From the human T2T-CHM13v2.0 reference genome, Homo sapiens, in the NCBI RefSeq assembly GCF_009914755.1, contig NC_060933.1: 64,000 bases of DNA; one strand, written 5' to 3'. The position numbers and the translations under genes were made by a program. Under the pieces are notes generated by a model. That model did no database searches. It worked only from the letters and a program-made list of their open reading frames with translations, and had not been told where the DNA came from. Shown piece by piece: positions 55,222 through 64,000 of the stretch. The number at the start of each line of letters is the position of its first letter. The first letter of the stretch is position 1.

Positions 55222-56815
55222 AAGTCACATATGAACATCTTTTCTTTTCAGAGCAGGGTATGTCTGTGGCTACATGTTTAGCCTCACTCAGAAATAACAT
55301 CAAATGTCTAAACTTGAGGCCGTTCTCAAATGTGAGACCTTGCCAGTGCCACTGTTCTGATGACCATTGTGACTGGCCCTATCTTCCATCACTTTGAAAG
55401 TAACAAGAATAACTTCCCCGAACGTATTATTAGACTTGCGTAGTGAAGGGGGAATGCACCCAACATGCAAATGGAATAACTGGTGGGGGGCGTGGGGAGG
55501 GCAATTCAAAAGGCCAGTACTCTTTAATCATACTCTTTTCTTCAAGGCAAAGCCTGCAGATGAGGCTGACCCAGACTAGGGAGAGAAAACTGTACCTACC
55601 AAGCCAGACTAGGTTGTACTCATTACTCTCTGCAGATGATACCTCTTTTTTACCCCCATCCTGTATACATGACCCCAATCCTACAGTCAAGCCCTGGTCT
55701 CCTACTGTGTTTTGACAAGAGACTAAAGAAAGATGGGACGCCTGTTTGGGCCAGGTTGACCCTGCTGGCAGCCAGAGTAATGACTAGTGAGATTTCCTTG
55801 GAAGAGCTGGATGGGTCAGAGTCACCCTCCTCACAGTACCCATTGGCACTTGGGAAGGCTGGGACTTGGTTTCAGGAAGGGAGCCCCTCAGGTTCATTCT
55901 AGCTACCTAAATTAAAATTTTCCATCATGCTCATCGTGTTTTAATCAATAATCTGAATCTCTACATTCAGTGACACTCACTAGAGAAAAGTTCTATAAGG
56001 AAAGGGGTTTACCCTCTTTCTTTGGGCCTCATTCTCATGACCCTGAAAAAGCGGGATTGAAATTTACAATATTTGGCAGACACTTGGAATTGGGATTGTT
56101 TTGTCCATCCATTTTCTCTGCAGGGAAAAATAAAAATCCTTTTTACACCTGAAGGCTTTCTGTTTCCCTGCCACTGTACCCTAGTAAAGCAGCATCTCCC
56201 TGGCAACTTGTGCCCAGAGTAAGAAGAGAATACACCCTGGCTGTCTGTGAGGAAAGGGGTCTCCAGACTTACTCCTTCCTCCTCCAAAATAGACGTTCTG
56301 GTATTACATTCTATCCCTAATGATGGGGATTTATTTAGCTACAATGTTATCATCTCCATTAAGCCGCATGGAAGAGACACTTCTCTGCTTTTATTTATAA
56401 CCTGAAGGGATTATTTTTGAGTTAAGGCTTTAAGAATTCACATCTATCAGGAAAGAACAGCTTGTGTAATGAACTTCCTGTTTTCATCATATTTGGACAC
56501 CGAGCCTCCTTGTTGCCTGTTATTATTACCCAGTTAATATGAACTGCCTGGAGTTTATTTTTAGCTGCGTTGACTCCATTGTAAGGACGGCATAACTGCT
56601 TTCAAAATGGGAAAATGTAATTACGGGATCTAACACTAAGTTGGGGATATTCTTAGGTCCCTTCACAAGGCAATGGCTTAAAAAATGAAAATAGACCACT
56701 TTAAATGGCTAAATAAAACACAGTTATTTGATCTAAAATAGCCCATTGATCCTTTTACAAACTAAACACTTACTTCAAAGAATAGAGTCCCATTTTTGTT
56801 TAAGTGACCTAAACA

Positions 56816-56999
56816 TACGAATTTATTTCCAAGTTCAGAGTAGCGGGAGGAGAGTGGGGAGAACTGGTGGAGAATAGAGGCAGGAAGGGTATAAGCATTA
56901 TTTACCAAAAGAGAGAAAGATTAGAATTGTGCTGAAAGTACCAAAACTCCTACAGGCATTTGAGGATTGGAGAATATAAATCTCAGTGCCTTCCTTGTG
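56816..56999 (+). repeat. Copy 1 of a 184-bp dispersed direct repeat
   Basis: Collinear with 58030-58213 (offset 1214); 11 substitutions by my count, no indels. Confidence 0.97.
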
Positions 57000-57618
57000 T
57001 GCCATTCCGCCGTGTGCACAAAGTGCCTAAGTCAGCTCTTTCATGGGAGTGAAGGCAGTCTAGTGTCCAGTGAGCTGCAAAGGATCACTCTTCATGTTTG
57101 CTGTAGCCGAGGCAGTCATTCATACAGGCCACCACCTCAATGTCCACCTCCTGCATTATTCATTCATTCATTCAACAAAAATTTATTGAGCACCCAAAAC
57201 ATGCCAGACTCTGGGAATGAAATGGCAAATAAGATATCATCTTTGTTCTAAGAGTGACAAGTATGGTAGAAAGAATTTCAGGGGGTTCTAGAATCACAGA
57301 AAAGGGGATACCTAACCCATCCTGGAAGGGACAGGGGACAGCTTCCTGGAGGAGGTGATGTCTCAAGTCAAGTCTGAGGTGCAAGCTGGGCTTACCCTTG
57401 TAAGTCAAGGAAGAAGCTGGGGCTGAGACCCAGATGTGAGAAAGATTGTGGCAAGATCAGGTAGCCTGAGAGTGTAAGAGGAGAATAGATAAAATAAAAA
57501 TTGTAGTGGTAAGTAGGAGCTTTGGAAAGCATAGTAAAGACTTTTAGGTTTATTATAATCATGGGGACAAGTTACTATACATTTCTAAGAGTGACAATAT
57601 TTCAGAAATATCACTGTA

Positions 57619-58025
57619 GTTCCATCGATGTATGAATGGATAAACAAAATGTGGTACATACATACAGTGGAATGTTATTCAGTCTTAAAATAGAAGGAAA
57701 TTCTGACACATGCTCCAGCATGGATGAACCTTGATGATATTATGCTAAGCGAAATAAACCAGACATAAAAGGACAAATACTGTATGATTCCACTTACATG
57801 AGGTACCTATGGCAGTCAAATTCATAGAGGCAGAAAGTTGAATGGTGGTTGCCAGGGGCTAGGAGAGGGTAAAATAGGGGTTTATTATTTAATGGGTTCA
57901 GAGTTTCTGTTTGGGATGATGAAAAAAGTTCTAAAGATGGATGGTGGTGATGGTTGCAAAACAATGGGAATGTACTTAATGCTACCAAACTGTACACTTT
58001 AAAATTATATGTATGTATATTATTG
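57619..58025 (+). mobile_element. L1MB (L1MB3-like) 3'UTR
   Basis: GAATGGATAAACAAAATGTGG...GGAAATTCTGACACATGC..CATGGATGAACCTTGA...AACTGTACACTTTAAAA. Confidence 0.92.
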
Positions 58026-58029
58026 CATG

Positions 58030-58213
58030 TACAAATTTATTTCCAAGTTCAGAGTAGCAGGAGGAGAGTGGGGAGAATTGGTGGAGAATAGAGGCAGGAA
58101 GGGTGTAAGCATTATTTACCAAAAGAGAGAAAGATTAGAATTGTGCTGGAAGTACCAAAACTCCTACAGGTGTTTGAGGGCTGGGGAATATAAATCTCAA
58201 TGCCTTCCTTGTG
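58030..58213 (+). repeat. Copy 2 of the 184-bp dispersed direct repeat, at the L1MB 3' terminus
   Basis: About 94% identical to 56816-56999. Confidence 0.97.
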
Positions 58214-58859
58214 CATCACTGTATTTTATATATGTATATATATATAATAAAATATAATATATTATAATATATATATAGGATTCATTTGGGTAGTAGCACA
58301 GGAAGACTTAGTAGCAATTAGAAGCCCGCTCTGTGGGAGAAGAAAATATTAGGATAAAGTCCAGATTTCTGACCAGAAACTAAGTGAATGGTGATGAAAC
58401 CAATCACTAGGAAGAGTGAGTGAGTGAAAAAAAAAGTGCTCAATTTTCCATAGAATAATTTAGAAAGGAAATAAAATGATGTTCTTTCGATAAGGAACAA
58501 AGGTATCACCATACCCATGGAATAAGAAAGATATAAGTAGAATGTAGTTAGACCTACAACCAAAATTCACATTTGCTTTGTGACCCTTCCAAAGACAGCA
58601 AACATGACCTCAAACGGGATGAGTGAAGCTGAAGGTGGAGTAAGACTCAGAGACAGGGTGAAGGGTGGAGTGAGGCCCAGGTCCTGAGGATGGACTCCGG
58701 GTCAGGGAACAGCTGCAGCACATACTGTTTGGTAGTTTTTCAAGTGCTTTTACATTTGGACTAAGTCATTCATATGGCTGCATCAGTGGACCCATTAAAA
58801 TGTTCTGCTTCCTCCCAAGTCACCGCCCATCCCTCCCCTGAATGTTCCCCCCTTGCCAG

Positions 58860-59520
58860 TCTTCCAAGCCTACTCACTATTTTCCTAAGACACTACACCC
58901 TTAGATGCCTCCATAATTTCTCATGCTTATGCCTCTGTCTTAAATGCCTTTCTCCTTCCTTCAGGGCCTGGAAAATTTAAACTTATTCTTCAAGATTCAT
59001 TTATTTTGAGTCTGTAACCAACACCTTTTAACTGGTGTTGGATACCATGCAGGGACTGAGATGCATAAAACACAACCTCTGCCCTGGAAGAGTCTATGTC
59101 AAAGCAGAGAGGGCAGACAGTGCATTGATAATTATAATAAATAGAGTACTACTGTAATTAGAATCAGGTAGCAAGTGGTATGGGAAAACACTGAAGGAAA
59201 ATAAACTGCCCAGCTGGGTCAAGGGTGAGGATCACAAAAAAAAAGCTTTAACAGTTCAAATGGCACTTGCCTTAGAAAGCCTTCCCAGCTTTCCCAAGAA
59301 ATTAGCTGCTCTTTCGTCTCTGATCTCATGGAACTTTGTTTTGCCACTGTAAAGAATTTAGCACAGTGTTCTATGTTAGATATTCAACTGAACTTCTCAA
59401 GATCATAGTCCTTCATTGAAATTCTCAGTGTTTAGTCCATAGTATGTGTTCAATAAATGTTTGTTGGATGGATGGATGCATGGACCCATGGATGCATGGA
59501 TGGATGGGCAGGAGGGTGGA
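58860..59520. mobile_element. L2 fragments (sense, with an antisense L2 piece ~59010-59240) ending in (GGAT)n
   Basis: AAACTTATTCTTCAAGATTCA; CCTCTGCCCTGGAAGAGTCTA; GTTCAATAAATGTTTGTTGGATGGATGGATG. Confidence 0.65.
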
Positions 59521-60244
59521 TGTATGGAGTCTGATTATTAATGTTTTAACTTAACACTTTCTGTGACAAGGAACTCATTGAACAATTTTCTGTGAAGTCT
59601 ATAGACATGAATTAATGAGATTCTCTCACTATTGGAAGTACCCTCTGAAAGCAGAAAAAGTAACTATCTTGGATGTTGTCTGATTCTTTGAAGCCACTAA
59701 CGTATCATTCAGACATTTAGCACTCTAAAATATATTATTAATACTCCAGTACCACAATATTTGACAAGTAGACTTTATACTTGTCAGGTAGACATTATAC
59801 AGAAGCAGCATCAGCCATCGGCAAAGGTGTGATGTCGGTAAATTTTCTTCTCCTCCTCATTTAACAACCTCCCCAAATCCAGACCCTCAGAATTCCAAGG
59901 ATTAAACTGGTTCTGCTATTTCAGCCACACTAAAGTGTTAAGCTGGGTACGAGTTTCTCATTCCAGTAGTGTTTATGCTTTAGAGAAGGAGGGATGCCTT
60001 GGAAACAAAATTATTCAACCAGCAAAGTATTTTTCTGAGTACTTGTTACACAAAAGTTTGTGCCAAGTGCTTCAGGGATTACAAAGAGGATAAAACATGT
60101 TCCAGTCCTCAAGGGGTTTATAGTCTAATTTAGGAGGAAGTCATAGACCGCGAAATCTTAAAATACAACACAAGAAAGAATATTCCTGATGATGTACTGG
60201 TACATGGAATGCTTCAGTCCCAAAGAAAAATACACAGAAACAAA

Positions 60245-60700
60245 AAGAATGAAACTTAGAGGCCTTCAAGTCTAACTTCCATCCAATTGTCTCTACAATA
60301 TTCTCAGCAACTCTCTAGTCGAATACTTTCAGCAATAAGAAATCCACTATTTTAGAAGAGAATCTTCCCTGCTATAGGGGAAAATGAAAATTCTGTTTGT
60401 AAACATATATGTGTGTGCACACTATATATATTTTTTATACACATACATGCGCATTTCTAGATCTCTTACATTGACCTGAAACCTGGCTTCCTGTAACTTC
60501 TTTTAATCCCAGAGAAGTACAGGTGAAATTCACTAGCCTTTTCAGCATAAAAACAGATACATCTACCATAGGATTTCTCTTCTTCATGCTAAACATCTCC
60601 AGTTCCTTCAATGATTCTTTGTCCAATATAGTTTCCTGCCCTTGCTATCTCAGTCATCCTCTTTAAAATACATTTAATTTGTCAGTGACCCTTTTACAAT
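60245..60700 (-). mobile_element. CR1/L3 fragment
   Basis: CTTAGAGGCCTTCAAGTCTAAC, AAACCTGGCTTCCTGTAACTTC, TCTTCATGCTAAACATCTCCAGTTCCTTCAA. Confidence 0.6.
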
Positions 60701-60814
60701 ATAGTACTACAAATATTATTCATATCTAACTATATTACTATTAATATATTATCTATACATTTAAAAGTAATTTATTTATAATATTAGTATTAAAAATGTA
60801 ACATTAATTTTCAA

Positions 60815-61785
60815 CTGATGTCTATATTATCAAACTACCTGCTAGATAACACCACTTAGACATCTCCAACTTAATCTGTTCAAAACCAAGCTCTTGATCT
60901 TCCTCTCATAGCCCTCCTCATCTAGTAAATGGTAACTCCACCTTTTGCTTTCTTTGAAGCTCTTGCTCAGACCAAAAACTTTCTTTCATATCTCCTGTCC
61001 TAACAATCAGGTATCCTACTGGCTCTACCTTCAAATTATATCCAGAATCTTACCACTTCTTCCCACCTTCGCCACTACCACCCATGCCCAGATGGCCATC
61101 ACCTTTTGTCTGGATTATTAAAGTAGCCTCCTGCCTAGGTTTCCTGCTTCCACTCTTCCTCCATTCTCCTACCACACTCTACTCTCCACGAAGCAGCCAG
61201 AATGATGCTTTTAAAATGTAAGTCAGATAATATTACTCCTCTGCTCCAACTCTCTAATTATTCCCATCTCGTTTAGAAAGCCCTTTAAAAAGGCCTATGT
61301 GATCTGGCTACCTCCATGGCCTCCCACTACTCTGCTCTCATACTCTGTTCCTGCCACACCTGTCTCCTCACTTTCCTCAAACACACCAAGCACACACCTG
61401 CTTTGGGGTTTCTGCACAAACTGTTCCCTCCGCATGGAAACTCTTCCCGGAGAGACTCACATAGCTCCCTCCTTCCGATCTCTGCTCAGATGCCACCTGA
61501 TCACACTGTTTAAAATAGCAAATTCCACCCCCACACCCAGTGCACCCTCTCTCCCCCTTACCTACCTGACTTTTCTCCATAGCACTGAACACCAACTGTC
61601 ACACCATGTATTATTTATTTATTTATTATTGACTGTCTCCCCTACTAGACATAAATTCTGTAAGGGCAGAGAGTTCTGTCTGTTCTGTTTACTGATGTAT
61701 GCTTCACACCCAAAGTGGTCCTTGGAAGATTGATTAGACTCACATATTGGATGACTGAGAGAATAAATGAGTGAACGAACAAATA
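60815..61785 (+). mobile_element. L2a 3' portion
   Basis: CATCTCCAACTTAATCTGTTCAAAACC, GCTCTACCTTCAAATTATATCCAGAATC, TTTAAAATGTAAGTCAGAT, TGTCTCCCCTACTAGACATAAA. Confidence 0.88.
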
Positions 61786-63179
61786 TGTTCCCAACTAGTG
61801 AACGAATCTGTTCTCAATATGTTTGTAGAGGTGAGATCTACAAAAACAATTCTATCAGTTGCTCACACTTTTCTTTCCACCTAACAAACCACCATAGTTT
61901 TACCTACCATCTTTCACTAATTTCTTCTTAGGATTTGGGCAAAGGGATTGGCTTAATTCAATTAGGAACCTTATGTCATGATTTCCTTAAATAGTGGAGC
62001 TGTCGATGCTATAATAAAACGGATCTCTTCAAGGCTTAAAAAAAGTCTATGAAGAACATTCTTATCTAATTTTGAATTTTAATGAATAGTTATAACGATG
62101 AGTAATTAATTTCGATATTTATAGAAAATGAAATGCATTTTTTTCCTTTAAGAAAATCTAGCACTTTAGGAACAACAAATTCTTGGAGAAAAAATTTTTG
62201 ATGAGATCATTAAAGTTGGAAGCATTGTACCTACATAGCCATAACAAGCAAAGCAAATGAATGGGCACCAAATGGCATCTTTCTCCCCGTGCCCAACTCT
62301 TTCTGAGCATGTCAATTTCTCTGATATGTAAGAAACTGCCAGAGAAGAGTATCAGGGAGAGTTAAGCACAAGTTTCCCGGTAGCTAGGGCACAAAGAAAA
62401 CCACACAGTATGTCTATGTTACAAGCAAAGAAAAGCTAATGTACTAAATCCAGAAGAAATTTATCATGTAATTTTTCATAATAGATTTTAGGTAATGTAA
62501 GGCACAACTTCCTCAGCAACGCTATTTGCAAAAAAATGCAAAATCATCGTTCCAGTGGAAAATTCCTGTATTGATTCTGATAAAGGCTCAAAGCATAATA
62601 CTAAATTTCTAACTCAGTGAGAGCATTTTTATCAGGAACAGAGGTAATCCAGTCCAGATATGTTGCTTCCTGATACAATAACAAATTTCTTGAATAGAGA
62701 TTAGAGAAGAGATATGGAAAGATGGCTTGTCCATTAAATTGTCTCTCTCCGATATTATATGTCTTAGGTGAGCCTTTGTCAAGCACATGGTTATGAGTCA
62801 CTTCAGGATTGAATTCGCTGACAAGTGCCTGAAGTGCCAATAGTCTATGCTGTTGATTATCCATATGCTTTAAACACCAGATGTGCAGGAAGTGAAGCTG
62901 ACATTCTGTTGTCAAATTTTTAAGAACCTGACTTGTATTCTTGCCATTCTATTTCTGCACACAGATAAGCTGCAGGGGTTCCTGCAGGTGATACAGTATT
63001 TCCTCCAAAATGGAATTTGAATCCACTCACATACTTAGACAAACGCTCTTTTGAGGATCCTGAATTTTTTACTATATTACAGAAGATGATTTGGTCTGAG
63101 ACCTTTCTTAGGGAAGGTATACAGTCAACTTTTTCAATTATTTTTTAAAATAAAAACAACAAAACAAAACACCCTCAAT

Positions 63180-63385
63180 CAGCCTGGGCAACATGGTGAG
63201 ATGGATCTCTACAAAAAAAATTAAAAATTTAGCCAGGCATGGTGGTACATGCCTGTAGTCCCAGCTACATGGGAGGCTGAGGCAGGAGGAGCACTCAAGC
63301 CCAGGAGGTCGGGGCTGCAGTGAGCCATGATCAATGTACTCCAGCTGAGCAACAAAACGAGAACCTGTCTCAAAAAAAAAAAAAA
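63180..63385 (+). mobile_element. 5'-truncated AluJ
   Basis: CAGCCTGGGCAACATGGTGAGA...AGCCCAGGAGGTCGGGGCTGCAGTGAGCCATGATC; poly(A); degenerate TSD CACCCTCAAT / CACCCTGATT. Confidence 0.9.
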
Positions 63386-63624
63386 TCCACCCTGATTATG
63401 ACCCCAGTTGAAGTAATACCTGGTATGCCTGTCAGAATGAGTTAGCTAGGGTGAAAAAAATGCTCCTATGGACCAGAATGAGTTGACTTCTTGGTTAAGG
63501 TTATCTGATATTATCAACTTAAATGTTGGAGAGCGTTTGCCAAAAGCAGCAATTTTAGCTCTGATACAGTTGATGCTAAGCTACTCTAACAATAATTAGT
63601 CAGCAGGTTCAGCTGCTCCTTTTA

Positions 63625-63870
63625 TAGTATTGTTTATTACAAAACATTATAAAAACATTAGCAAAATTCAAAATAAAATAAATGAAAATCCACCCAAAAT
63701 TCTGCCATCCTACAAACCAAACTGTTTACATTTTTTCATGCTCCCTTTCAGTCCCTGTCCATATGCAGACAGAATTTTTATAGTTGCAATCATAGCACAG
63801 ATACAATTTTGTATTCAGGTTTGTCTCAATTAGAGTTTTTAAAGCATTTTTATAGTCTACTCCATCATCT
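63625..63870 (-). mobile_element. Very old L1ME-type 3'UTR fragment
   Basis: AAAATCCACCCAAAATTCTGCCATCC...TTTTTATAGTTGCAATCATAGCACAGATACAATTTTGTATTC. Confidence 0.5.
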
Positions 63871-64000
63871 TTGTTTCTACTACTAGGAATGCTTTACCCC
63901 ATCGTCCTTAGTGACCTTCCATGCAATCCAAACTGGTGAGGAAGGTTTATAAAGAATAATAATCAACATGACTAGAAAAAAAGGGTTATTTTTAAATTCC

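Larger units (their letters stand above)
57158..58440 (-). mobile_element. L2 interrupted by L1MB and repeat copy 2
   Basis: ATTCATTCATTCAACAAAAATTTATTGAGCACC; GCTTCCTGGAGGAGGTGATGTCT; CCAGATTTCTGACC. Confidence 0.75.

Noticed and set aside
62601-62915. 104-aa minus-strand ORF in unique DNA
   Set aside because: Non-ATG start, no recognisable domain and no convincing splice sites; the length is within chance expectation.

Overview
This 64-kb window is AT-rich, CpG-poor primate genomic DNA. It is almost certainly human, because it carries an apparently consensus-identical AluYa5. It looks intergenic or deep-intronic: I found no credible host protein-coding exon, RNA gene or CpG-island promoter. 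The ORF track is explained by transposon relics (L1 ORF2, Tigger1 transposase, MaLR ORF, Alu) or by chance. Most of the window is layered transposable elements. These include old CR1/L3, L2 and MIR fragments, many L1s, a two-LTR MSTA-type MaLR element, solo THE1/MST/MLT/LTR16 LTRs, Tigger1 and Tigger2b, several hAT MITEs, and Alus from FRAM to AluYa5. Many have readable target-site duplications (TSDs), and some are nested three deep. The main signals not explained by these elements are: a non-tandem ~185-bp local duplication (56816-56999 / 58030-58213), several micro-scale template-switch rearrangements, palindromic AT-rich expansions seeded at the same L1 position twice, a likely polymorphic AluYa5, and a motif-dense candidate enhancer at ~55.4 kb. 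I see no evidence for a new multi-gene biological system. Subfamily names come from recalled consensus sequences, not a database search. Boundaries of old elements are approximate.
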